Positions 52,302-62,497 of a stretch of DNA of 64,000 nucleotides are shown here, piece by piece (position 1 is the stretch's first letter; each line of letters begins with the position of its first letter). The DNA is from an uncultured Verrucomicrobiae bacterium. GTDB taxonomy: Bacteria > Verrucomicrobiota > Verrucomicrobiia > Chthoniobacterales > UBA10450. The notes under the pieces were generated by a model. It was not told the DNA's origin, did not search any database, and worked only from the letters and a program-made list of their open reading frames with translations. Made by a program: the position numbers and the translations under genes. The DNA lies in NCBI GenBank assembly GCA_963834385.1, contig CAWIBO010000002.1, positions 992,001 through 1,056,000 of the forward strand, read 5' to 3'.

Positions 52302-52773
52302 ATGAGACACCAGAAGAAAACCGTCAAACTCGGCCGCACCGCCGAGCATCGAAAGGCGCTCCTGGCCAACCAGGTCTGCAGCCTGATCAAGCATCAACGC
52401 ATCAAGACCACCCTGGCCAAGGCCAAGGCGGTCCGCCCGCTCGCGGAGAAAATGGTCACGCTCGGAAAGAAAAATTCTCTGCACGCCCGCCGCACCGCCC
52501 TCGCCGTTCTCCGGCAAAAAGAGGCGGTCAAGGATCTCTTCGAGAAGATCGCTCCCCGCACCGCCGACCGAAAAGGGCGGTTACACCCGCATCATCAAGC
52601 TCGGCCAGCGCAAAAGCGACTCCGCTCCCATTGCCTTCCTGGAATGGGTCGACGCCGAAGTTTCCACCGAAGCCGCTCCCGTCGAGGAGACCGGCAAAAA
52701 GGCGAAGGCGGCGAAGCCCGCCGCCGAGACCGCCGGGAAGACCAAGGCGCGGAAGACCGAAGCCGCCAAGTAG
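52302..52773 (+). CDS. rplQ: 50S ribosomal protein L17, one indel near 52575
   Basis: MRH...KLGRT..HRKALL.N, IKTTLAKAK, GGYTRIIKLG.R..D.AP after frame correction. Confidence 0.95.
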
Positions 52774-52790
52774 ATCCTCGTTCCCGTTTC

Positions 52791-52820
52791 ACAGGGGCTC
52801 GCCCGGAGGCGAGCCCCTGT
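52791..52820 (+). terminator. Strong hairpin after rplQ, probable terminator
   Basis: ACAGGGGCTCGCC-CGGA-GGCGAGCCCCTGT, 13-bp perfect stem; weak U-tract. Confidence 0.55.
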
Positions 52821-52842
52821 TGCTGTACGGACAACGCTACGC

Positions 52843-52972
52843 TGTCCCAGAAATGGAACATCCGATTCCCAGCCTCGTCGTTTGGTTGTTTCATTTGCGG
52901 GACGCACAATTTTGTAAATAACTGAATGGTAGTTGTTTGTGACTTTCATGAAAGTTGGCACGAAGAGTGCAT
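52843..52972 (+). promoter_or_regulatory. Sigma54 promoter with two upstream activator-like palindromes
   Basis: TTGGCACGAAGAGTGCA (GG-N10-GC at 52957-52970); TGTCCCA-N4-TGGAACA at 52843 and TGTTTCA-N4-CGGGACG at 52887; AT-rich spacer. Confidence 0.7.
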
Positions 52973-53001
52973 TTACAGAGGCCGTAACCCAAGCAAACAC
53001 C

Positions 53002-53232
53002 ATGAACACAATCAACTCCCCCAAACTCCCCTCCACCTACAGCCTCCTCGCCCACGAGGAACAAGCCGAAGCCGGCCGGAACCTCTTCGAGGCGGCCATC
53101 TACGGTCTCTTCCTCATCTGCACCGTGGTCACGGTCTGGCAGGTGGCCATGCAGGCAACCACACTCCCCCGGCTTGAACGCGCTCCTGTCTTCAAGGTCG
53201 CGCAGGCCAGCAGCTCCCAGCAACCCGGCTAG
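53002..53232 (+). CDS. Small single-TM hypothetical protein
   Basis: MNTINSPKLPSTYSLL...FEAAIYGLFLICTVVTVWQ; lies downstream of sigma54 promoter. Confidence 0.7.
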   Translation: MNTINSPKLPSTYSLLAHEEQAEAGRNLFEAAIYGLFLICTVVTVWQVAMQATTLPRLERAPVFKVAQASSSQQPG

Positions 53233-53301
53233 GGCCAGCACGGCCCGGCCAACGGCTGCTCTCCCGCGGCGGACGAGCAGCCGGGGTTGCCTGAGCCTTT
53301 T

Positions 53302-53754
53302 TCAGCGCAGGCTGACCAGGTTCCATTTCACCTCGCCCGCCGCGGAAATCTGAAGGTGCGCCGCGCTTGCCGGGGCGCCGCGATTCGGCCGGGTCACGCA
53401 GCCCGGATTCAGGAACAGGACCGATCCGACCCGCTCGTAACGGGGCACGTGGGTGTGCCCGTGCAGGAGCAGATCAACTCCCGCCGGCGGTTTCTCCGGC
53501 GGGATATGCTGCAATCGAATTGCGAGCCCCTGCCGCCGCAGGTCGCGCACCAGCGGCCAGTCGGCGCAACTGTCACAGTTCCCGCGCACAACCTCCATGG
53601 GCGGTCCCACGGCCGCGATTTCATCGAGTAACGCCGGCGCGCAGACATCCCCAAGGTGCCAGATCTCGTCCGCCCCCGCGGCCAGTTCCTCCAGCCGCGG
53701 TGGCATTTTATCGTGCGTGTCGGCCAGGACAAGGATGCGCAACTCTTTCGGCAC
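53302..53754 (-). CDS. YfcE-like metallophosphoesterase
   Basis: LADTH, HLGD, VRGNCD, HGHTH.P, NPG. Confidence 0.9.
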   Translation of the reverse strand: MPKELRILVLADTHDKMPPRLEELAAGADEIWHLGDVCAPALLDEIAAVGPPMEVVRGNCDSCADWPLVRDLRRQGLAIRLQHIPPEKPPAGVDLLLHGHTHVPRYERVGSVLFLNPGCVTRPNRGAPASAAHLQISAAGEVKWNLVSLR

Positions 53755-53861
53755 GCGGCACGATACCCTCTTTGCCCGGTCCACCCAAGCGGCCCGCTCC
53801 GCGCCCCGCAGAGTCGTCTCCCGGCCATTGTGCCGGGGCGTTCTCCGCGTAACGTCCCCCG

Positions 53862-55081
53862 GTGTCTTTCAACGATTTTGGCCTTTCTCCTGAAGTGGTC
53901 CGCGGCACCCAGGCGATGGGGTTCAGCGAGCCGACCCCGATCCAGCTTCGCGCTTTTCCGATCATTCTTTCCGGCCGGGACCTGATCGGGACCGCCCAGA
54001 CCGGCACGGGCAAGACGGCGGCTTTTGCCCTGCCCATTCTCACCCTCCTGGCGGAGCACGGGGCGCTTGCGCTGCCTGGTCCTGGAGCCGACCCGCGAGC
54101 TGGCCGCCCAGGTGGAAACCGCTTTCCGCGATTACGGGCGGTTTACCGAGTTAAAGGTAACGGTAATTCACGGCGGTGTCGGTTACGGCAAACAGCGGGA
54201 AGACCTCAAGAACGGGGTGGACGTTGTGGTGGCGACGCCCGGCCGCCTGCTGGACCATCTCGAGCAGGGGACAATGAACCTGCGCCAGGTGTCGATCCTG
54301 GTCCTCGACGAGGTGGATCGCATGCTCGACATGGGCTTCCTGCCTGACGTTCGCCGGATCGTGAACCAGATTTCGACCGACCGGCAGACCCTGCTGTTTC
54401 TCCGCGACCCTTCCTCCCGAGATTGAGCGTCTCGCGGCCGGCGTCCTGCGCGATCCGGAAACGGTGGAAATCGGGGCGCGCCGCATGCCTGCGGAGACCG
54501 TCACCCATGCCGTCTACCCGGTGGCGGCCGAACAAAAATTCGACCTCCTGATGGCTTTGCTCGAACGGACGAACTACGACAGCGCGCTCATCTTCTGCCG
54601 GACGAAGCATGGCGCGGACAAGATCGCGGTGAAGTTGAAACAGGCCAAGCACTCCGTGGCGGTCCTGCATTCGAACCGGACGCAGCGTGAACGCGTGGAG
54701 GCGCTGGAAGGGTTCAAGTCCGGCAAGTATGAGGTCATGGTCGCGACCGATATTGCCGCGCGCGGGATCGACGTCGCCGGGGTGAGCCATGTGATCAATT
54801 ACGATGTCCCCGAGCATCCGGAAGACTACGTGCACCGGATCGGGCGCACGGGACGGGCCCAGAACGTCGGCGACGCTTTCACCCTCATGAACGGCGAGGA
54901 GCTTTCCGCCCTGCAATCAATCGAGCGCTTTATTGGCCAGCGCATCGCGCGACTGAAGATTGACGGTTTTCCCTATCTTTACACCGCGCTTTTCGAGCCC
55001 GAGGTGGTGCCGTTGCCGGGCAAGCGCGCCTTCGGCGGCCGCACCCACAGCGGGATCGCCCGCGGGCGGCGGCGGCGCTGA
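53862..55081 (+). CDS. DEAD-box RNA helicase (RhlE-like); indels near 54065 and 54400
   Basis: [46 protein letters not shown]. Confidence 0.92.
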
Positions 55082-55091
55082 GGCCACGTTT

Positions 55092-55592
55092 CTAAGAAGC
55101 GATCCGGAAAGCCTCGCGCGCCGCGGCCAGCCGGAACCGCTCCACTTTTTCCCGCTGCGCGAGCGCGCGTTGTTCCAGCACCTCGAAATCCTCCGTGCCC
55201 AGCTCCGGATGCGACTCGGTGATCACCCCGAGGGCGCGCCAGAGCAGTTGTTTGCCCGTGATCCCAAGCGCCAGCACTTCCAGCGCCTCGAGTAGGCCCG
55301 ACCCTTTTAGTTCGCGGTGCCCCAGGCCAAGGCGGGCCTGCCCAACTTTCTCCGCCAGCCACGCTCCCGCTTTCCGGATCGTACTTTCCCCATGACCCAG
55401 ACGCCCCAGTAAATTTTTCAGGATTTCCTGGTCGGCATTCACGTCTTCATGCAGTTCTTTCATGAAGCGCGCCAGGTCCGTTCCCTCCATTTTTTCGCGC
55501 ACATGCTCGATCAGTTCGAGCGCGCCAACGGACCCGGCCAGATGGTCGTTTAGGTAGCCCGCGAGGTCATCCGCGCTTTGCGAATCGTTCAT
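55092..55592 (-). CDS. Conserved helical hypothetical protein (possibly ferritin-like)
   Basis: YLNDHLAGS..ALEL, LEVLALGITGK.LLWRAL, RA..QR. Confidence 0.7.
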   Translation of the reverse strand: MNDSQSADDLAGYLNDHLAGSVGALELIEHVREKMEGTDLARFMKELHEDVNADQEILKNLLGRLGHGESTIRKAGAWLAEKVGQARLGLGHRELKGSGLLEALEVLALGITGKQLLWRALGVITESHPELGTEDFEVLEQRALAQREKVERFRLAAAREAFRIAS

Positions 55593-55711
55593 ACCCTCTA
55601 TTCGCGCCCGCCTGCTGGCGGGGTCGCTCCCGGCTTCCGGTCCATCTGATGAATGTATGGCCTCTCGTTATTGCCTTGCTCGCTCCCGCCGCTCCCTCGA
55701 CTGGTACGGCC

Positions 55712-56357
55712 ATGAATCTCGGGAGACTCTGTCTCTATGCGGTCCTGCCGGCCTTTTTCCTGCCCGGCGAGCTTTCCAGCGCCACGGCGTGGCGCGCGGA
55801 GGGTCAGGTCAGGGGAGTCGCCATCTCAAGCCGGGTCCGCCCAGGCTCGACCCTGAAGGAGTTCCGGGGGATTGGCCTGATCAAGGCCGCTCCCGCGGTG
55901 GTGCATGCCGTGATCGAAGACCGCGAGAAGTATCCCTCCTTCATGCCTTACACCGCGGAGAGCCGGATCGTAAAACGGAGAGGATCGGTCCTCTTTAACT
56001 ATCAGAGACTCGCGCTGCCGATGATGAAGGACCGCGATTACACCGTGCGCGTCCGGAGATCACGAGAGCGCTCGCCCGCAGGCCCCGTCTTCTTCATCCG
56101 CTGGGAAGCGGCCGATGAAACGGGACCGCCGCCGCGGCCTGGCATCACCCGGGTCCATCTTTGCGAGGGGAGCTGGCGCCTGGAGCCCGTTTCGGAAGGC
56201 GTCACCCGCGCCACTTACACCATCTACACCGATACCGGCGGCGCCGTCCCGGCTTTTGTGGCAAACTTTGGCGGGCGCATCGGAATCGGTAAACTCTTCG
56301 AGGCCGTGCGCCGTCGCGCCCTTGACCCGACGCTCCACCAACTCATCCCAACCCTGA
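55712..56357 (+). CDS. Secreted START/SRPBCC-domain protein (stop likely lost to an indel near 56330)
   Basis: KEFRGIG.I, Y..FMPY, DRDY, GSW.LEP, DTGG.VP; TGA in adjacent frame at 56355. Confidence 0.7.
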
Positions 56358-56368
56358 CCTTTTTCCCC

Positions 56369-57658
56369 ATGTCCTTTCGCCTCATCCCTCTCGCCACCAG
56401 CCTGCTGATTTTCTCCTCTTTCACGGTCGAGGGTCGCAAGCCCGAGCCGGTCAGCCGCATCGCGGAAGGTTACGCGCAGCTTGTCCTCGCGCTCGGGCAG
56501 CACGACGCCGATTACGTCGACGCCTTTTATGGGCCGGCCGCCTGGAAGGAGGAAGCGGCCCGGGAGAAAAAGCCGCTCGCCGCCATCGCCACCTCCGCCG
56601 CACGCTTTGTCGAGGAGCTGGCGCAATTGCCGACCCCGACACCGGAAATCGAAAGGCTGCGGCGCGAATACCTCCAAAAGCAGCTGGGGGCGTTGCAGGC
56701 ACGGCTTCGCCTCATGCAGGGCGCGAAAATGTCGTTCGACGAGGAATCGCGCGCGCTTTATGACGCGGTCGCGCCGTCACTCCCGGAGGCGCACTTCGAG
56801 GAGGTCCTGGAGCAACTGGCCACGAAGCTGCCGGGCAAAGGCCCGCTTTGGGAGCGTTACCAGGAATGGCGCCGGCCGTTTATCATCCCGCGGGAGAAAC
56901 TGGATGGCGTTTTCCAACTGGCCCTGACGGAAGCGCGCGACCGCACCCGGCGGCAGCTCGATCTGCCCGAGGGCGAAGCGTTCACCATTGAATACGTCAC
57001 GGACAAACCGTGGTCGGGCTACAACTGGTATCAGGGCGGATATCGCAGCGTCATCCAGATCAACACCGATCTGCCAGTCTACATCGACCGCGCGATGGAC
57101 CTGGCCGCGCACGAGGGTTATCCCGGCCACCACGTTTACAACGCTCTCCTCGAGAAAAACCTGGTGCGCGACCGCGGGTGGGTCGAGTTCATGGTCTATC
57201 CGCTCTTCTCCCCGCAGTCACTCATTGCCGAGGGCACGGCAAACTTTGGCAAGGAAATCATCTTCACCCCGTCGGAACGGCTGGCCTTCGAGCGCGAAGT
57301 CCTCTTCCCGGCCGCTGGCATCGATCCCACCCGCGCGGCGGAATACTACGAAGTGTTGGCCCTGGTCAAAAAGCTGGCCTACGCCCGCAACGAGGCTGCC
57401 CGGGCCTATCTGGAAGGCAAAATGGACCGGGCGCAGGCGCAACGGTTTCTGGAACGGTTCGCCCTGATGGATCCCGCGCGCGCAGAGCAATCGCTCAAGT
57501 TCATCGACCGCTACCGGAGCTACGTCATCAACTACAACCTCGGGGAGGACCTCGTGCGCGCCTACGTGGAGAAACGGGCGGGCAAGGAACCGGGAAAGCG
57601 GTGGAAAATCTTTGGGGACTTGCTCGCCTCTCCGCGGCTGCCGGGCAGCCTGGAATGA
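56369..57658 (+). CDS. Secreted DUF885-like putative Zn-metallopeptidase
   Basis: Own signal peptide; KPWSGYNWY, AHEGYPGHH, downstream AEG. Confidence 0.75.
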   Translation: MSFRLIPLATSLLIFSSFTVEGRKPEPVSRIAEGYAQLVLALGQHDADYVDAFYGPAAWKEEAAREKKPLAAIATSAARFVEELAQLPTPTPEIERLRREYLQKQLGALQARLRLMQGAKMSFDEESRALYDAVAPSLPEAHFEEVLEQLATKLPGKGPLWERYQEWRRPFIIPREKLDGVFQLALTEARDRTRRQLDLPEGEAFTIEYVTDKPWSGYNWYQGGYRSVIQINTDLPVYIDRAMDLAAHEGYPGHHVYNALLEKNLVRDRGWVEFMVYPLFSPQSLIAEGTANFGKEIIFTPSERLAFEREVLFPAAGIDPTRAAEYYEVLALVKKLAYARNEAARAYLEGKMDRAQAQRFLERFALMDPARAEQSLKFIDRYRSYVINYNLGEDLVRAYVEKRAGKEPGKRWKIFGDLLASPRLPGSLE

Positions 57659-57675
57659 CGGGCTCGACTGGACTC

Positions 57676-58308
57676 ATGCGAAACAACCGCCTCGCCTTGG
57701 TCGTTGCCCTCTTCGTTCACGCCGGCGCAGCCTTTGCCTCCAATCCCGGCCCGGAATGGTCGAGGGAGACCGAGGAGGAACGCCTGACCATCTTCAGCCG
57801 GGCCCGTCCGGGTTCCGCGCAGAGGGAGTTCAGGGGGATCGGCGTTCTCGAGGCAACCCCGGCCACCGTGGCCGCACTGCTCGAAGATCGCTCCCGTTAT
57901 CCGGAGTTCATGCCTTATATCGCCGAATGCCGGGTGTTGCAGCGAAAGGGCGAGCGCCTGTTTGTTTATCAACGCTTGAAAGTGCCGTTGCTCAGCGATC
58001 GCGATTACACCCAGCAGGTGATCCAGACCACGCGCGCAAGCGAGTCCGGCCCGGTTTACGAAATCCGCTGGTCGCCCGCCAACGACCAGGGGCCTGCGCC
58101 GCTCCCCGGCGTGACGCGCCTGGACAACTTCGACGGGTCCTGGCTGCTGGAACCGACGCCCGACGGCGGCACGCGCGCAACCTTTACTGTCTTCACCGAA
58201 ACGGCCGGGTTGCCCGCCCTTTTTGCCAACAAAGGCACCCGCGCCAGCGTGGCCAAACTTTTCTCCGCGCTGCGACGGCGTTTGCGCACGGAGAAGGGCG
58301 CGGGCTGA
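57676..58308 (+). CDS. Secreted START/SRPBCC-domain protein (paralog of 55712)
   Basis: REFRGIG, YPEFMPY, SDRDY, GSWLLEP. Confidence 0.78.
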   Translation: MRNNRLALVVALFVHAGAAFASNPGPEWSRETEEERLTIFSRARPGSAQREFRGIGVLEATPATVAALLEDRSRYPEFMPYIAECRVLQRKGERLFVYQRLKVPLLSDRDYTQQVIQTTRASESGPVYEIRWSPANDQGPAPLPGVTRLDNFDGSWLLEPTPDGGTRATFTVFTETAGLPALFANKGTRASVAKLFSALRRRLRTEKGAG

Positions 58309-58315
58309 ATTGCCC

Positions 58316-59817
58316 ATGAGGGCCACCAAGCTGCCGGGTCGAAGCGGAGCGCGACGCTTCCTTCCGCCGCCCAGCCTTTGCCTGGCGGGAATGATCTTCC
58401 TCGGGGTTTTCGCGGTCTATTATCTGACCCGCAGCGCCGGCCTCGACGAGTGGGATTCAGTGCAATTCGCTTTGGGCGTGCGCGACTTTGATCTCGCTCG
58501 GGATCAACCGCATCCGCCCGGGTATCCGCTCTATATCCTGAGCGGCCGCGTCCTGGCCCTCGGCACGGGTGGCGATGTGGTCACGGCCCTGCTCATGGCG
58601 AGTTGCGCGGGAGGGGCGCTCTTCGTCGCGGCGTGGTTTGCGACTGGCCCGCCGGCATTTCGGGCCGGGGCCGGCGCTGTTGTTCGCGGGGGCGCTCGCC
58701 GCCGTCCCCATCGTCTGGATGACGTCGACCAGTGTGCTGACCGACAGTCCTGCGGCGGCCTTTCTCGCCCTCCAACTCCTCTTTGCGCATCGCTTTCGGG
58801 AGAACGGTCGGAGCCGTGAACTTGTTTCTTCCGTCCTGGCCGGGGCGGTGGCGACCGGGTTCCGCCCGCAATTTTTCATCATCGCCCTGGCCATCATGGG
58901 GCTGACCCTGGCCGGTCAGCGCGCCCGCGGAAGGACATGGTCGTGGGCGCACGCGCTTTATGTCCTGGGCTGTGCCTGCTGGCTGGTGCCGGTGAGCCTG
59001 TGGCAGGCCGCCAGGGATCAGGGCTCCATCTTTTCCTACGGACACCATGTTTATCGCCAGTGGCTCTGGCGGTTCGATAAGCCGCACGCTTTCGTGGGTG
59101 CAGGCAATGTTCACCGCGGAAGAGCTGGTTGACCGGCTGCGGAACCATTTCGTCGCCTGGTTCGACGTGGGCATGGGGCTCTCCTTTGACCAACTCAGTC
59201 TCATTCTGGGCGGCAGCCTGGTCGCGGGCGGATTCGTGCTTTACCTCGTCCGGTCACCCACGCGGGATCGTGATTTCTGGCGGCAGAACCTCCCGTGGGC
59301 GCTCCTGCATGTGGCCATCACGTTTTGTTTCCTGCCGTTCGATCAGCGGTATTACCTCCCCGTGTTTCCCCTTCTGCTCGCGCCCGTGGTGCTCGGCTTC
59401 GCCCGTCTCCCGTTTCCCTGGAACATTTTGCGCCTGGCGGTGCCGGCTCTTTTCCTCTGGATCTCCGTGCCGCTCGCGCTCGATAAGCACCGGGTCGAAC
59501 CGCCGCCAGTGCGGCTCCTCCGGTTTCTCCAGGAGCAGCATCCCGGGGATGGACTTGGCCAGGTGCGCTTCCTGACCCGAAGCGGGCGCCGTCATGCGGA
59601 ATGGTACGCGCCGGGCCTGGCGGTGGCGCTCCCGGGCGAATCCGGGGATCGGGAACATTTCCGCTTTCTTTACACTGACGATACGGAACTGGCGAAGAAG
59701 GAGCGCGGCCTGCCCCTGGCGACTTTCTGGCGTTCCAATTTGATCAACCCCAAACATACCGAGGTGACCTTGTATTTGCTGTCACGACCGGCAGGCCGCG
59801 AGCCCGCGGTGGATTAA
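58316..59817 (+). CDS. GT-C type membrane glycosyltransferase-like protein (DUF2723/PMT-like); indels near 58645 and 59110
   Basis: DEWDS.QFA...QPHPPGYPLY, multiple TMs, G.RP, RYYLP. Confidence 0.7.
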
Positions 59818-59846
59818 ACATTGCTCGGCGCCCGGAATATCGATCC

Positions 59847-60344
59847 CTAGCCCGGACGCAGGCTCTTTAACAGGCTCTGCCGGGCTTTCTGGAGACGGCG
59901 CGTCATCACCTCGCTCATGCGCTTGAAGAGTTCGAACCCGAGGCCGTGGTCTCTCTCGCAATACTCCCTCAGGACGGTCCCGTAGAAAAACACAGCCGAA
60001 GTGTCGACCGCGGCGCGTGCGGTGAAGTGCCAGATATAGGGAGGAAAGAGCCAGGACCATCCCAGCAGATCCCCGTCTCCCACCCGGTCGATCTCGACCG
60101 CGCCCTCTGCAGTCTCGGATTGCAGGATCACTTCTCCCTCTTGAAGCAGATAGAAACGATTCGCTGTCTCACCCTGCCGGAAGATCACCTCGCCCGCCTT
60201 GAACCGGGTCTGCATCGCACAATCGATCAAAAGACGCAGTTGGTGGTCGTTCATCCCGAGAAGGAACGGATGCGCGCGAACCTCCTTCTCGAGAGGAGCC
60301 TGGTCGGGTCGTTCAGCCAATTCTTCAGCCGTGCGTGAGTTCAT
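59847..60344 (-). CDS. Stand-alone cNMP-binding (Crp-like) domain protein
   Basis: HPFL, IFRQGE.ANRFYL...G, LGWSWL.PPY.W.F.ARA. Confidence 0.85.
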   Translation of the reverse strand: MNSRTAEELAERPDQAPLEKEVRAHPFLLGMNDHQLRLLIDCAMQTRFKAGEVIFRQGETANRFYLLQEGEVILQSETAEGAVEIDRVGDGDLLGWSWLFPPYIWHFTARAAVDTSAVFFYGTVLREYCERDHGLGFELFKRMSEVMTRRLQKARQSLLKSLRPG

Positions 60345-60666
60345 GGTGTTCCTCGAACCCCTGTTGATAAACCGCGCGCGGAGAGAGCCCATGGCAGCAT
60401 AGCGATGACCGGGCGGGGATGGCCCCATCGGTCGCAACTCGTCGCCGCCTTTGCCCCTAGTGGATGATGCAGGGAATCCGTGGGCCCATTTTCCTGATGG
60501 CCATGGAGCCGGTCGGCCGGATTCCGATGTCTTAAGCGGTCTGTTTTCATCTGCATCCAGGGTAACTAGGGACCGCGGAAAAGCGCCGCGCGGGGCTTGT
60601 GAAAAGCGCGGCGTTTCTTGCCCGGCGCTTGACGGAAATCCTCCCTGTCAGGATAACGCGGAAGAC

Positions 60667-61422
60667 TTGCAGGACTCTTTCCACACGGCCCGGCACAAAA
60701 GCGAGCACCTTCCCGAGGCAATCCGGCGCAGGCTGGGTCTGCAGCGGAGCCATGGCTATCTCGGGGACGCCATTCTTGGTGGGATTGACGGACTCGTCAC
60801 GACCTTCGCGGTGGTGGCAGGTTCGGTGGGGGCCGGCTTTTCGAGCACCATCATCATCATCCTCGGCTTCGCCAACCTGCTGGCCGATGGCTTCAGCATG
60901 GCGGTAAGCAACTACCTGGGAACCAGAAGCGAGAAAGAGCGTCTTGAACGCGAACGGGCCGTGGAGCTGGACCACATCTTGCGTTATCCCGAGGGGGAGC
61001 GGGAAGAGATCCGGCAGATCTTTTCCGCCAAGGGTTTCGCCGGGGATACCCTGGAGCGCATCGTGGAAACAATCGCGGCCAACCGGAATCTCTGGGTGGA
61101 GACCATGCTGCGGGAGGAGCTGGGACTGCAACTGTATCCCAGACCCGCCTTGCGCGCGGCTTTCGCGACCTTTGCCGCCTTCGCCCTTCTCGGTTTGCTG
61201 CCGTTGCTCCCGTTCCTCACGCCATTGACTCAGCCGCAGCGGTTTCTGGCCAGCTCCATGATCACGGCGCTGGCCTTTGCCGGTGTCGGAGTCGTGAAGG
61301 GGATGGTGCTAAGGAAATCCCCCGTTCGCGCCGGCCTGGAGACCCTGACCACGGGAGGAGCCGCCGCCGCGCTCGCTTACCTTGTCGGGTCCGCTTTGCG
61401 GCAGGCTTTCGGGATTGTTTAA
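60667..61422 (+). CDS. VIT1/CCC1 transporter family protein
   Basis: GGIDGLVTTFAVVAG, NLLADGFSMA..NYLG, M.EELGL; start uncertain. Confidence 0.88.
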   Translation: MQDSFHTARHKSEHLPEAIRRRLGLQRSHGYLGDAILGGIDGLVTTFAVVAGSVGAGFSSTIIIILGFANLLADGFSMAVSNYLGTRSEKERLERERAVELDHILRYPEGEREEIRQIFSAKGFAGDTLERIVETIAANRNLWVETMLREELGLQLYPRPALRAAFATFAAFALLGLLPLLPFLTPLTQPQRFLASSMITALAFAGVGVVKGMVLRKSPVRAGLETLTTGGAAAALAYLVGSALRQAFGIV

Positions 61423-61489
61423 ACAATCGCTGCCCCTCTTTTGCCAAGGATCGGTGAGTGCTCGACGCGCCCTCCCTTAAGGTTATGGC

Positions 61490-62494
61490 ATGAAGACAAG
61501 TCATGAGGAAACCGGCGCCCGCACGCGCAGCAGCCCTCGCGCGCACTCGCCCACAAAACTTAAGCTCCAGACACTCCTGGTTCCGACTGATTTCTCCGAG
61601 GAATCCGAGAAAGGCGTTCGCTACAGCGTCGCGCTGGCCCGGGAATTTGGGGCCCGGCTCCACCTGCTTTATGCACATGAACCAGCCTACGTTTATGCCA
61701 TCCCTGCCCTGATGACGGCCGCGCCTCTCGGGGCGTTTGAGGAGATTGAAGACCGAGTACAGAAGAAAATGGCCGGGCTGATCAAGAAACAGAAGGCGCC
61801 GGGCACCACCAAAGTCCACGTGAAAACAGGGCCGGCGCACGAGATGATCACCACCGTGGCCGCTGAGAGCAGGGCCGACCTCATTTGCCTGGCCACCCAT
61901 GGTTACAGCGGCCTGAAGCGGCTTCTGCTGGGCAGCACTACCGAACGCGTGATCGAGCACGCGCCCTGCCCCGTCCTGGTCGTGCGGGAGACCGAACGCG
62001 ACCTGCTGCGGCCAGAAACAGAGTCCCTGATTGAGCGCATCATCGTCCCGGTCGATTTCTCCGCCAACTCCCAGGCCGGAGCCCGCTACGCCATCCGCTT
62101 CGCAGCATCCTGCGGCGCCGTCGTTGAGCTGGTCCATGCCGTCTACGTACAGCCCCCCATTCCCGCGGACCATCCTGCGGCCTTTCGGCAGATGCCCGCG
62201 CAAGGGGTGATCGAGCGGGCCAGCCGCCGAGCCATGAAGGATTTCGTCAAAGACCTTGGTCCCGTCCCGGTGAAGCTGACGACCCGGGTCCTGCTGGGGC
62301 GCCCGGCTTTTGAGATCTGCCGGCATGCCAATGACACCTCGGCGGATCTCATCATCAGTTCAACGCATGGCGAAACCAGTCTCCGTCATGTCCTTATCGG
62401 CAGCACCGCCCAGCATGTCGTTCGGCATGCCCCATGCCCGGTGCTGGTTGTTCCATGGGAGAAACGTCAGCCCGCCGCCCGGCGCGGTGTTTGA
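61490..62494 (+). CDS. Tandem universal stress protein
   Basis: Two repeats of LVP.DFS...ADL...THG...LGST..V..APCPVLVV. Confidence 0.93.
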   Translation: MKTSHEETGARTRSSPRAHSPTKLKLQTLLVPTDFSEESEKGVRYSVALAREFGARLHLLYAHEPAYVYAIPALMTAAPLGAFEEIEDRVQKKMAGLIKKQKAPGTTKVHVKTGPAHEMITTVAAESRADLICLATHGYSGLKRLLLGSTTERVIEHAPCPVLVVRETERDLLRPETESLIERIIVPVDFSANSQAGARYAIRFAASCGAVVELVHAVYVQPPIPADHPAAFRQMPAQGVIERASRRAMKDFVKDLGPVPVKLTTRVLLGRPAFEICRHANDTSADLIISSTHGETSLRHVLIGSTAQHVVRHAPCPVLVVPWEKRQPAARRGV

Positions 62495-62497
62495 TCC

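Noticed and set aside
55649..57658. Apparent START-peptidase fusion (669 aa)
   Set aside because: An internal ATG with its own signal peptide at 56369 and a TGA in the adjacent frame at 56355 suggest two genes joined by an indel
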